From positions 72,542,001 to 72,606,000 of the forward strand of contig NC_087436.1 in NCBI RefSeq assembly GCF_036321535.1: a stretch of 64,000 nucleotides of DNA, read 5' to 3'. Position 1 is the first letter of the stretch, and the number at the start of each line of letters is the position of its first letter. Position numbers and translations under genes: made by a program. Source of the DNA: Camelus dromedarius (taxonomy: Eukaryota). Positions 1 to 11,600 of this stretch are shown piece by piece. A model generated the notes under the pieces. The model was not told the DNA's origin. It saw only the letters and a program-made list of their open reading frames with translations, and ran no database searches.

Positions 1-199
1 CTGGTTGAGGAGCTTTGAAGAAGTAAGTACCCTTCTTCTACAAGTATGTGTAAAAAGGACCCTGAAGAATTAATGGAGATTGAATAATATGAGGATATGG
101 AGGTGAGAAAGAGTTCCGCATATATGTGTGTATTTTTATATATAAAAGCAAGGGTTACATTCATACTAAAATGAAAAGTGTTGGAGAGTGGTGGAAATA

Positions 200-1140
200 C
201 AGCTGGATAATAGAATAATAACAGAAACATATTAGAGAAATCCTGGATAAATCAGAATTTAGACTACATTTAGTCAGTGATGAGAGCTGCAGTTACAGCC
301 TAGAGGATGTTATCACTGATTAACAGGAGGAAGTTGTAAAGAGGAGCTGATTTTGGAGAAGAGATAATATGTTCAGTTTAAGACATGTTGAGTTTGAGGT
401 GATGACATAATTCATAGATTAAAGTCCTGATGTAATGTCAGTCTGGGATCAGAATAAGAATTCATGGCTAGTGATGAAAATTTAAGACTCATCAGCATGT
501 ATTAACCAGTAAATTCCTGACCTGTTTGCTGCCCATTGTACACACCCTGTGTCTTTCTACACTTGTCCATTAATAATAGCTGTCCTTAATTGAGCACCTA
601 TCGTGGTCTAAATGCATTCTTTTTGTTGTTGTTGCTGTTATTAACAATCCTCATTTGATACGTGAGGAAATCGACACAAGATTATTAAAAAGTTTCAGTC
701 AAGGTCAAATGGAGAGTAAAGGTCAAACTAGAATTCAAAAAAGTCTTTTAGGATGATGGGAGCCAGAACCCACTCTCTTTTCACTATATCACTCTGCCTC
801 CCCTCAGTGCTTGGCCCACCCCTACCTGGAATCCTTTCTCTTACCACTGGATTTCTAAATTCTACTCACTATTTCAGATTCACTTCAATGAAACTTATCC
901 ATGAAAAATGATGTGAGAGTTTGACTGAGTCCCACCCTCAAGCTCTCATAGCAGTTTGCACACATTCATGATAGTCATTCTTCTCTACCCAGCACTGCAT
1001 TTATATATGTACTTTCCTTACTCCCCGAATTCCTTGAGGTCAGAGTCCACGCATGATTTGTCTGTTTGTCTTGCAAACAATACACCCAGCCTAGTGCCAT
1101 GGATATTATAGGTAGTCAATATCTTATGAATGAATGGATG
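200..1140. mobile_element. Ancient L2 fragments (~200-500, ~800-1140) flanking a MIR (~565-780)
   Basis: L2 motifs 'gttcagtttaagacatgttgagtttgaggtg' and tail 'tcaatatcttatgaatgaatggatg'. MIR motif 'gaggaaatcgacacaag'. Boundaries approximate. Confidence 0.55.
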
Positions 1141-1261
1141 GCAACTGAATCCACGAGCATTACAGAGTAAGTTGAGAGAGAGAGAAGCAATGGGCTGAAG
1201 ACCATTTCCTGCCAATGTCCAGCAACAAATTTTGGTTGTTAGTGAAAGAGCAAGAAATAAA

Positions 1262-1372
1262 GACAAAAAAAGGAAGGAAGAGAGGGAAGGAGAGAAAAAG
1301 AAAAGGAAGAGGAGGGAGAAGGAGAAAGGAAGGAAAAAATTAACTTAAGGGGAGAGAAGGGAAGAGAAGATA
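1262..1372. repeat. GA-rich polypurine low-complexity tract
   Basis: Near-continuous A/G run (aggaaggaag agagggaagg...). Confidence 0.8.
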
Positions 1373-3631
1373 CTTGCAGAGATGCTTATAACCAGGGAGA
1401 GATGAATAAATTAAAGACAGAAGAAATGATAGTGGAGTGCTGCAGCTCTTAGCCTTCTTTCTCACTTTAACAAGTGTTAGGAACGAATGCAAATACCAGT
1501 GAGGCCACATGCCCACCTCCCCCATTCTACAGGATTAGGGAAGGACTCCGTGATGAGAGGACTGAGGACAGGAAGGCAGGAGACCCTCCTACAGAGTGTA
1601 AGTGGGATCCAGCAGGATGAGTCCAGGGGAAGAGAAGCTCGTGGGATGATGAGAGCTATTTTCTGGTATGAACCTCAAACTCCAGTGGTAGACGAGTTTC
1701 TACATTATGTGACCCAATGCACCAGAGTGGAGAGACATCTAGGGAGACAGGGGTCCACTTCTCTCAGCCTACATGCATGCAAAGGCCACAGTTCATTTAA
1801 CGTTTAGATTCTTATAACAGACTTAATTTACTGAAAGCTTGAGTTTAGGAAATAATTAGGAGAATCCCACTGAGATCAGTAAACTGACTCCTACCGGAGG
1901 ACACAGCTGGGGAAGTGGAAAGGGCATATGATCCGGAATCTGAACATGAATTCAAGTCCTGACTCGAGGACGTGTCCTCTGGCAAGTTCACTTTATTGTT
2001 TTTGAGTCTTCATTCCTTATTTGCCATATAGGAATGGAAATCAGGCCTATTGTTTATTTCTTTATTCACTCAAGACAGATTCATTGACTGTACGCTATAT
2101 ATTAGGCACTGGATTTGATGGGGCCAGAACTACTGAAGACAGAATTGGGATGTGCATGAGACCCTTCTGCAAAATGCCAAGCACTGTGCAAGCAGCAGTT
2201 GACAGTTATTACGAAGCTGGCTGTTGTGCTATGTCCCAGTCTTAGACATAAAGATATTTAACATTAGTCTTAGCATCTTCCTCCTGCAACTGCCATTGGT
2301 TGTGGTTTATTTAATTCTTTAAATGATTTCTTCTTAAATTCTCACCAGTGGGACAGAAGATGATTATTTGATTTATAATTCAAATATCTGCCTGGGAAAA
2401 ATAGTATTCAGAAATTGTTTTAATAACAAACAGTTCAAAAACCCCACAAAAGCAGAAATACAGAATGTAGGCACATATAAAGTGAGCCAAGTTCTTTTAA
2501 CTTTAACAGGATGACTCCTGTGGTTAAGTGATTGCCCAAGTTTAATGAGTTCGACAAGCTCATTCTTGTGTGATTTCTAAAGCCAAATTCATCTCTTAAT
2601 GAAATGGCTCCTTTCTGGTAAATTGAATTTGCTGGGTGGACATGATGCAAATGACAACCTATCTTGACTTAAACAGGTTTTAAAGGTACAGAAAATATGA
2701 GCAATTGACATTCCTGGTAGAAAGAAGCAATATCTCAGTAAAACATATTTATAAATTATTTATAATAATTTGGGGCAAGTGAAAATTTATAGATGCTCCT
2801 GTAGTCACAAAATGTAATAGCAATAATTACATGGTTTGGCCTTAAAAATGGCACTTTAATAATCTTAAGTAGATTAAGAGAAAATCTTGAATTTGTATTA
2901 AACTTAAAACTTTCTATTCATTAGATGCACCAAACATTAATTTAATTTTAACTTCACCTTAACAGAGGTGGTGGTGGTGGTAGTAATATCTTAGTGCTTT
3001 ATTGGTTCTCTCCAGCCTAATTACTGGGGGCACATTCTTAAGAACTGCAATTCCTGGAACTTAGTAACCCATTCCATCTTCTTAAAATAAGATTAATAGA
3101 AGAATGATATAAAGGTAAATGTTATACTCTTAAAAATAATTATTTTTACAGACCTAAAATAGTAAAACTAAATAGCAAAAATTCAAATGGAGTATTAAAC
3201 CTCTATTTTTACACAAATTTAATTATTCTCCCCTGCCACTAACTTACAAAATATCTCGATTTGCAGGGGAACCCCTTCGGTACTGAAAAGCATTTCAGTA
3301 AATGCAATTTCAGGGATATTTCTTTTACTAACAGGTTAAGCTTTGTCCTAGTTTGGAAACACCAAAACTCCCCCGTGTTTGAATCCTATATAGGTCGCTA
3401 GCAACTTTGGAGCTGGTAGGGTTCTAAGTTCACAGCAAGGAGGCCTTTCCTGAATTCTGATTCTTTTTTGTGGTTTTAAGTACTTTTACAAACATGATTA
3501 TGCCCACAGGTAACAGGAAACCAGTGTTTCAAAAGAAAACTTGATCACAGTGCTAGATAACACAGGTATCCTCAGCAAGTGCGCGAGCGCCTCGAGGCTT
3601 CGTGCTGCTGCCAGAAGTACATATTTTTTTG

Positions 3632-3671
3632 ATTGGTAAGACCTGCCAGATGACGCTTCGTGAAATATAAA
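3632..3671 (+). promoter_or_regulatory. EPGN: EPGN proximal promoter: inverted CCAAT (attgg 3632-3636), CRE half-site (tgacg 3651-3655), TATA box (tataaa 3666-3671)
   Basis: Motifs read directly. The TATA lies ~88 bp upstream of the EPGN ATG, with a small CpG cluster at ~3581-3602. Function is inferred. Confidence 0.65.
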
Positions 3672-3753
3672 TGCAAGAAAGAGAGCTCAATAAAAACCTT
3701 CCAGCCGTCAGTCTAGGAGGATAAGAGCAAGATACTCTTAACAAGTGTGGGAA

Positions 3754-3796
3754 ATGGCTTTCGGAGTTCCAATGACAGTCTACTTCTTATTCAATG
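3754..3796 (+). CDS. EPGN: Epigen coding exon 1 (signal peptide MAFGVPMTVYFLFN)
   Basis: gaaATGG Kozak context. Translation matches recalled human epigen N-terminus MALGVPISVYLLFN. Donor G|gtaggt at 3797, phase 1. Confidence 0.96.
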
Positions 3797-4329
3797 GTAG
3801 GTCATTTCTTTTTGATTTGTTAATTCTCTGTCAGTGTAAAGTGGGAATGGGATTTGTTTTCTCTGAATAAGTGAGGAGTTGGCTTTTCAGCAGTTGTTCT
3901 TCAGGACAAAGATCCAAACAAGGAGTCTGGGAATTAATTTAGTTTCTTATGTAATGTATGTTCCTCTCCTTAAATATTTTGATACCTCTTTTTCTGAGAT
4001 CTTGAAAATGCTTACTTTATACAATTGAAGAGTAGTCGATATATTTTAACTATGATATAATAACATCTTTGTGATAGGATTAGTTTATAAATGTATGTAC
4101 TTTCTCTTAAAATTAGTGTGCTTCTATCTTCTGTAATTATAATGTAGTCAGTAGAACTGGAATAGATAAGAAACTGTCAGGATATTGCCCCAGTCAGGTT
4201 ATGGATTTCAAATGTAAATGAATTAAAAACAGAATAGACATGGGAATAAACAGAGTAACTCTCAATCTGCTGCCTGTACGTAGAAGGAGGCTCACCTGCT
4301 AAAGACGCCTTTCCCTCCCCTCCACACAG

Positions 4330-4419
4330 CAATGACAGCCCTGACTGAAGAGGCAGCCATGACTGTAACAGCCCCAACCACAACCCAGCAAAGTAACTGG
4401 ACAGTTAACACAACTGAAG
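4330..4419 (+). CDS. EPGN: Epigen coding exon 2 ([30 protein letters not shown])
   Basis: Pyrimidine tract plus acag| acceptor at 4328-4329. 90 nt, phase 1-1, donor G|gtattt at 4420. Matches epigen [16 protein letters not shown]...NWTVN. Confidence 0.95.
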
Positions 4420-7175
4420 GTATTTTCTTCACACTTATGTATCTCAAGAGACTTTTTTCTTTTTAAAATTTGAGAGAAGTTCGGATTGTGATAAAAGCAA
4501 CACTGGAAATTTTTAAATATATATTTTATTATTAGATAATCATTTATTAGGATGCTGTTAAATGGAAGTGACAGGTAAATGTGTCAGCAAAGAACTGCCT
4601 TTTCAAAAGAAAGAAGTGAAGCAAATGAGAGAAACAAAGTTGTCTTCAGTCACTGTCCTGGATGTGAAACTTGCAACACTTTCTGCTTGATTCCTGCTGG
4701 GTTCCCAATAACCCACTGCATCCAGAGGCGGTCTGTCCCCATTTCAGCATTCTTGATGAGTGACTTCTTATTTTGATCTGTGATTATGAGCTTTGCAGCT
4801 GAAGAAATTATGGCCACAAGATGAAGCCTTCATCCACTTTCCTTCATCTTTGGAAAAGTCTTCTTTCTTGTTTGTTTTGGGGAACTTTTTTTGTTGCTTT
4901 AGTAGGTGCTATATTTCCTAACCACATGTACCCAATTTTTGTTGTTGATGGTGATGATATATTTTCTTTCCTGTTTTATTATTATGATTAGAATATCTTC
5001 TGGCCACTGTAGAGTATTAGCATTTTTCCAGACTGTTTAAACTCTTAGACGAGAACTTGGAAAGCTCGTTACCTGCCAACACCTGTGTATCAGGTAGTTG
5101 TGATTCTCAAGCAAATCACATACCATCCCCCGATATGAAAACTGGCCATTTGACTTAGGACAGAGAAAACACTGTAACACTATATATTGCTCTCAGAGCC
5201 AGGCAAATACAGGAAGATAAAGTCAAACATATTGTTTCTGAACATGAAAAATAGTAATATTTAATTATTCTTCATTGCACCAATAATTTTAAGTTTAAAA
5301 AATTTACTTAAAATATTTTGCTCATTTGAGTTTTTGAATATATATCAATCTGCAAAATAAAATTTGTGTGTTAGGATAACTTTTAGCCAAATCCTTCATG
5401 TCTTTTGAACTTTTAAACAAAGAGAAAGCATCTTTGTTGGAAGATGATACTGTAGAAAATTAAAGTACAGTTGCCTCTCAGTGACGTAACAGTGTGCCCA
5501 TCACCACCTTTTTTCTTCCCCAGTAGTGAAGTGCAAGTAAAATTCTCCAAGTTACAGGGAATAATAATGGAAAAAAGGGATTGTGAATATATCATCTCAG
5601 TGGTTTTCCTTTGCTTTCTTAATGGGAGAATTTTAGATTTTACCTGCTTTTTATTTAACTTAAAATCTGAATCCAGATTATTTTGTATATTACAAAGTTC
5701 TTCATGAAGTTATAACTAATATTCTTCTCATTAGGGGAAAGACAAGTCTCTAGTATACTCTTTCTTTGGAAATGTCTTCTTTCAATTCTCACATTTTCTA
5801 GGAAGTCCTGGTTCAGGCTTGGTTAATTGAACTTATTTAATCTTGAAGTAGAAAGAACCTAGCACAGTTTATAATGGGAATTCTCACTGACTTACAATTA
5901 ATTATTAAGATAAGAAATTAGATTTACTATACCACAGTCAACAAAATGAATGTGATTTTTAAGATAATGTGTTTTCTCAGCCAAAGTGAAGTTACACAAC
6001 ACAGTATCTTGTTGGTCTTCGTGTCTAAAAGATTTAGTATTTTCAATATAAAAATTATGCCTTTTTGGTTCTTTTTTTCCTAAAAACAAATGAGTAGTAT
6101 TCTCTTAATCTACTTAGCGAGGCATGTAGGGGGTAACATGATAACTATGGATGAGGAGATCTGTTTATTCATGACAATGACAGAATAAAATGCCACTAAT
6201 TCTTCTCGAGAAGAATTTAAGAATCAGTAATTAAAGTATACCACGAAGGACTCAATCATGTAGTTTGACCCAAGTGTCATTCCCACTGCATAAATGTCAA
6301 GGACAGGATAGGTGTATGTCTTTAGTACATCTAGCAATGAAGAGAAAGCATCCTGAAATACACATATTTTGCCACAGTACAGCTTCCCAAAGGGAAAATG
6401 GCCATAAAGAGGCTTCTGGACACTTGACCACAAAAGTTTTGCCAAGCGTGGTGACTTACAGAGTATTAGCACTAGAAATCAAAACCCAGATTTTCTAATT
6501 CCAACTGCATGGCTTTTCCCAGGATCTCATAATGCCTCTTAAATGAGTAAACTTTCTAATTAACATTCGAAGGTATTGTCTTAGCTGTGCTAAGCCTGAG
6601 CCATGAGTTGTTTCTGGCTTCCTGGATAGGTCGTAACAATAGCTCTTCTGAAATCAGTCAGGGAAAATGCTCCCTCCACCATTAACTACTTAAGGTAGTC
6701 ACCATAAAGGGAAAGGGGAGTCTCATCTCACGCTTCTCTGGGGAGTGAGGAGAAATCAAGTTCATTTTCTCACAAGCATAAATCCAAATCTTCCTAAGTG
6801 CTGACTTCTTGGGTGTAAAGGGGAGAAAGAAAAAAACTGTAAAAGCTTCTATATTTATTAGCATCAGGCAACATTTGGGAAGCCTTGCTCAGGACAGCAT
6901 GCTAGGACTAGAAGCAATGCTGCCACCTTTTGGCAAACTTGTATCCATGCCTTATTATGTAGTTTCTAAAGAATGGAATGATCAATCCACTTCTACCTCC
7001 TAATTAATCAGTGATATGTCTAGATGATATTAACCCAACCTGCCAAAGGAATTAATCAATAGTTCACATGACTCACAAATAGTCTTAAAACTAAACGTCT
7101 TTTTACATATGTGTTACAAATCTACTATAAAAGTGTGACCCACCTCATCAGTTAAAATTGTATCTTCTTTTCTAG

Positions 7176-7296
7176 CTGACTACACAGAAGGACCCATTGC
7201 CTTGAAGTTCTCACGTCACTGCTTGGAAGACCACCACAGTTACTGCATCAATGGTGTTTGTGCATTCCACCACGAGCTGGAGAAAGCCATCTGCAG
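7176..7296 (+). CDS. EPGN: Epigen coding exon 3 ([44 protein letters not shown] domain Cys1-4)
   Basis: ttctag| acceptor, 121 nt, AG|gtaatt donor at 7297. EGF cysteine spacing CX7CX4CX10C. Confidence 0.97.
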
Positions 7297-7489
7297 GTAA
7301 TTGCAGAGCACTTCCCAAGTCCTAGAGATGGGAGGAGAATGTATGCCTCCTTGCACATGGTATTTCACATGGTATGTTTCCACATACCTCTATATCATCT
7401 AGCAAAAAGGGTACACAATTTGAACATGATTGACCAGTCCTCTTTGTATTAGAATATCTAAGGAGTCTTCTTCTGACCTACCTAATCCT

Positions 7490-7620
7490 TATTACTCAAA
7501 AATATGGTTCCTAGGTTAGTATCATCTGTGTAACCTGGGATCCTGTTAGAAATGCAGAAACTCATGCTCCACCTCAAAACTACTGAATCCAAATCTACAT
7601 TTTAACAACATTCAAAGATG
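7490..7620. mobile_element. MER5A-like hAT-Charlie DNA transposon fragment in EPGN intron 3
   Basis: 'cctgggatcctgttagaaatgcagaaactc...ctactgaatcc...ttttaacaa' resembles recalled MER5A consensus. Confidence 0.55.
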
Positions 7621-8035
7621 ACTATGAGTTTTCATGGGTTGATTATAGGATGAAATGAAACAGACTACGGCAAAACCACTTCAGGAATATAAAGTTCTGG
7701 ATCAACTGAGATATTATCTCTATGATCATCAGTTTGCTCAGTATCCTCCTATAAAAGATCAGGTTAACAATTTTCTAGATCAACCCATGCAAGCAAACTA
7801 CCTTTCCCTACTACCAGTGGCAGAAGTTGCATTACTATGGGGTTTTAATCAAATGATTTTTATAAAATACATAGCTTCCTCAGGACCTTTCATAGATTGG
7901 CTTTCAACTGGTGTCTGCCTCTTTAATTTAAATCACTTACTTTTCATTAAATTTTTTTTTCATTCTTTGAAATTGGTCATTTGTGTTTCTGTCATCCTGA
8001 GTTTTAAAATTATACATTATTTTCTTTTTTTAAAG

Positions 8036-8188
8036 GTGTTTTACTGGTTATACTGGAGAAAGGTGTGAGCACTTGACCTTAACGTCATATGCTGTGGATT
8101 CTTATGAAAAATACATTGCAATTGGGATTGGCGTTGGACTATTATTAAGTGGTTTTCTTGTTATTTTTTACTGCTACATAAGAAAGAG
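8036..8188 (+). CDS. EPGN: Epigen coding exon 4 ([54 protein letters not shown]-loop and transmembrane helix)
   Basis: tttttttaaag| acceptor, 153 nt, phase 2-2. [10 protein letters not shown] motif and hydrophobic TM segment. Donor AG|gtatga at 8189. Confidence 0.97.
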
Positions 8189-8480
8189 GTATGAAAAAGA
8201 TAAAGTATGAAGTCACTGGGCACTCGTTCCTTGGACAAATGTGTTGAGCCCCTACCATGTACCAGGCATTGACACGTATTAATTTTTTTTAGCGAAAATA
8301 TGACTATAAATCTGGCAAGTTCCTACATATTTATTTTGATGTCTTTTCTCATAAATCCAGACAAGAGGTAAAAATGTACCTTCAGTTGCCAAAGGGTAGT
8401 TCCAATTTGTAATTTCCCTTCATCCTTAACTCTGTCTGCCTACATCAAAGTTATAAATGAGGAGGACAGTTGGCCCACAA

Positions 8481-8606
8481 GGGTAAAAATTAAATGTGTT
8501 TTGTGCACAATTATATTCAGTGCCAAATACCACGTCCAGCAAACGGGGTAAAAATTAAATATGTCTTGTGCACAATTATATTCAGTGCCAAATACCACGT
8601 CCGGCA
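8481..8606. repeat. Tandem duplication, period 65 bp, two copies, in EPGN intron 4
   Basis: gggtaaaaattaaat...cagtgccaaataccacgtcc(a/g)gca starts at 8481 and 8546. Three substitutions over 61 aligned bases. Confidence 0.92.
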
Positions 8607-9137
8607 CACTATAAACACTCAGTAAATATTTGTTGAATGAACAAATCAAGAAATGAGTATTAAATGAATGCAAATGCATGACAAACTTGGGCCACTTACC
8701 CCCAGACACCAATGAGGGTACATTCAGGAGACACTGTCTATTGCTAAAAACCTAAGAAGATAAGCTTAAGCCGCTAAGTATAAATTACTCATGTATTAAT
8801 TATTAATTGTTATTTCTGGCTTTTCCACACTGGTCATTTTTCCTTAATTTCCATGTAAGTAGGGAACAGTCAAGAAATAACATGAGGCACATTAAAGAAA
8901 AAGGTATAAATACATTTCCCTTGCTGTACGTTATTAACTAGTTTGTCATTTTTTTAAATGACCAAACATGGCTACAAAATAAAAAAAAAATTGTTTGCTT
9001 AACAATTGCATCTTAGAATAAAATCTGTTCTATCAATGGTGAACAAATTGATGTAAGATCTGTTATCTCAATTGCTTAAGAGACCAAGAAAGGAAAAAAA
9101 CCAAAAAGGTAAGACCTTTTAATGCTAACAAGACAGC

Positions 9138-9592
9138 TGTCTGAGGTCAGGCTCCCTAAGAAGCAGAACCTAAGACAGGACCTCTTATGTGAGTGACTGG
9201 GAAAGGGAGCAGTCTAAGGAGACATATCTGTAATGAAGCAGGAAAGCTAGAGCAGAGGTAGGAGGTCAGCTAAGATGCGGCTTTAGCTGAAGTCTAGCCT
9301 CAAGCTGATTCCACAGGAAAAGACATGAATGGCTCTGCAGACCCATCCCAAGAATGTGAGGGATTTTGGTTTTAATACCCAGTGTCATCAAGCATGGATG
9401 TTAGGATGCTCCTGGTGGGGCAAGGGGTAGGGGCCTGGAATCCCCTAGGAATCTTCAGGGGAAGTCCTCTGTTTGGCCAAAACAATCCTCTAGGGAAGGA
9501 TGGTGCTGTGAGCCTATTAGCACCCACAGCTGCTGGGGGGCGGTCCACCAGCGGGTAAAGGGGATACAGGTGGTGCAAGGGCAACTGCTACA
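9138..9592 (-). mobile_element. Old ERVL-class solo LTR (LTR16/LTR33-like) in EPGN intron 4
   Basis: TG...CA ends. Reverse complement begins tgtagcagttgcccttgcaccacctgtatcccctttacc...gctcacagc, similar to recalled LTR16-family 5' ends. Confidence 0.55.
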
Positions 9593-9669
9593 CCAGAGCG
9601 TTTATATAATTCTTAATGAGCTATAAAAACATTAGTCAAATTCACACGGAAACCAATGCTCTGTTCTAG

Positions 9670-9724
9670 GTGTCTAAAATTGAAATCACCTTTTAAGGTC
9701 TGTTCCAGAGGAAGACCACTGTGA
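9670..9724 (+). CDS. EPGN: Epigen coding exon 5 (cytoplasmic tail RCLKLKSPFKVCSRGRPL*)
   Basis: ttctag| acceptor, TGA at 9722-9724. Matches recalled human tail CLKLKSPYNVCSGERRPL. Exon total 43+90+121+153+55 = 462 nt = 153 aa plus stop. Confidence 0.95.
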
Positions 9725-10531
9725 GACTGTAAGAAATTTTCATGAGGCATTTGTAAAAATCAGTGGGCCCAAGACTGAAATCTCCAAGTGAAACAACACA
9801 ACTTACCAAGCTGACTAGACTTGAAAATAATAGAAGTTGGGATCATGATGAAACGAGAGAGTACATGTCAACGTTGGTCCTCAGACTTGGCCATCGTGAG
9901 GGTGCCATGGGAGCCACGGGAGCAAGCTACAGGGACAGAAGTCAAGTCCAGAGTCCCACTCTGGGTTTTCTGCTTTTGTGTGGTTATTGCTCTTACTGCA
10001 GAGAGACTGAGTTTTATGCTTCCAACCATGTCAGATGTGAATTTTCATGGGAACAATCATCAACCTTGCAGCAAGTTACAGCAATGCCAAGCTTGGGTTC
10101 TTCATTGTGCTCGCCACCATTATTCTGGACCACTGTTCTACGGACTGAATCCCAAATATGCTGCTTTCATGATGTCTAAAAGAATGTGATGTCAACTATT
10201 AGGACGAAATCAGTATTATAGCACCTCCAGGGAACAAACGTGTGCCTGAAGTTTAGCCAAGGAAAAGAAAATTGAATGTCCAAGGCAAACATAAATCATA
10301 TCCAGCTGGTGATAACACTGTGAAATATGGAATAAGCTAAAAAGTTTCTAATGACTGAAAGCTATATGGATATTGAGCCCTGAGTAGGCAAAACATTTCT
10401 ATTTTTACATGGATTATAAAGCTTTCTGTCGGACTCACTGGTCATCGAATGTTTATGTTCATCACTTTCTCCCACTGTTAGTGGAATTACCTGACGACTA
10501 TCTATTTGCACTTAAATTCTAAAATTCTACT

Positions 10532-10541
10532 AATAAATAAA
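10532..10541 (+). terminator. EPGN: Candidate EPGN polyadenylation signal (overlapping AATAAA x2)
   Basis: aataaataaa ~810 nt after the stop codon. Actual usage cannot be shown from sequence. Confidence 0.45.
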
Positions 10542-11550
10542 GTTCTACAATTGGTTCTGAAATAGAAACTGAAGAATTGGACACAGGAATTTTTTCAGCA
10601 GCCAACAGCATGTGGAAACTTTCTTTACCATTTCTGAATACTCGATAGAGGATGCACATGTAGAGATAGACAATGGAACATTGGTAGAAACACCAGTTTG
10701 GGAATATTAAGGTTCTTCCTCTTTAATCATATTTCCTCCACCTAACTGGAAAAGTTTTGTGCAGGTCCCTTCATTTCTTTGGGCTTTGATTTCATTTTCT
10801 ACAAAGTCCTTCTGGCTCTAAAATTTGATAGTAAGAAAAGAGAGACAATTTTCCATACCTGTGTTGCAAGTGGGACTATTCTCAGCCCATCTCTGTCCCC
10901 ACCCTCACCCCTAACTCAAAACACATCATTAGATATCATCTTATGTGTATATTTTAGTGTTTGATTTGTGAAATAATAATTTAAGAATTTGTTTTTAAAG
11001 GAAGTAAAACATGAAATTAAAGAATAATAATATCTACCATTTCTCTGTTAGATCTATTCTAAAACTATGGACTTTTTTTTTCTATTGTGGTGTAGATAAG
11101 CAAAATAATTTTGATCATAAGATAGGTTAAAAGAGGATCAAACGTGAATATTTTTACAACGGTAGCCTAATAACAAGCCTTTCTCTTACAGGAAGTTATG
11201 TCTTTTCATTCACTTCTGAACAAAGCTTTACATTCTGCTTTCCTTTGAGTAGAAGGTACTTCACTCGCTTTGTTTTTCCTTCAGAAGGAATTTAATGCAG
11301 ATGAATTGCACATCAGCACTTTCTGCATGATCTCACAAAGTATGCCCAGGTTACATCATAACCAAGGAGTAGGGAGGTGAAGGTTCCTCCCAATGACTGC
11401 AGCGACCGCACCTAGAAAGCTAGGCTTTTCCTGAGCACTTCAAAAAGGTGTTAAAAAGCTGGGAGAGTCCAGGAAGAAATAATAAGGCTTAATTAAGGAC
11501 TGCCTACTGATGAAAAGAAAGAGGAAGTGAGACTAGAGACTAGAGAGGTG

Positions 11551-11600
11551 ATAACCTAAAAAGTTGATGCACTGTAATTGACTATACTTCAATAAAAAAA
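11551..11600 (+). mobile_element. Very short 5'-truncated L1 3' tail
   Basis: 'ttgatgcactgtaattgactatacttcaataaaaaaa' is the typical terminal L1 3'UTR plus poly(A) signal and tail. Confidence 0.55.

Noticed and set aside
7655..8068. 137-aa ORF in EPGN intron 3
   Set aside because: Intronic, overlaps a MER5-adjacent AT-rich region and the exon 4 acceptor in a different frame. No recognisable domain.
9763..10189. Two overlapping ORFs (138 and 122 aa) after the EPGN stop
   Set aside because: They lie in the 3'UTR, use non-ATG starts in the track, and show no recognisable similarity.
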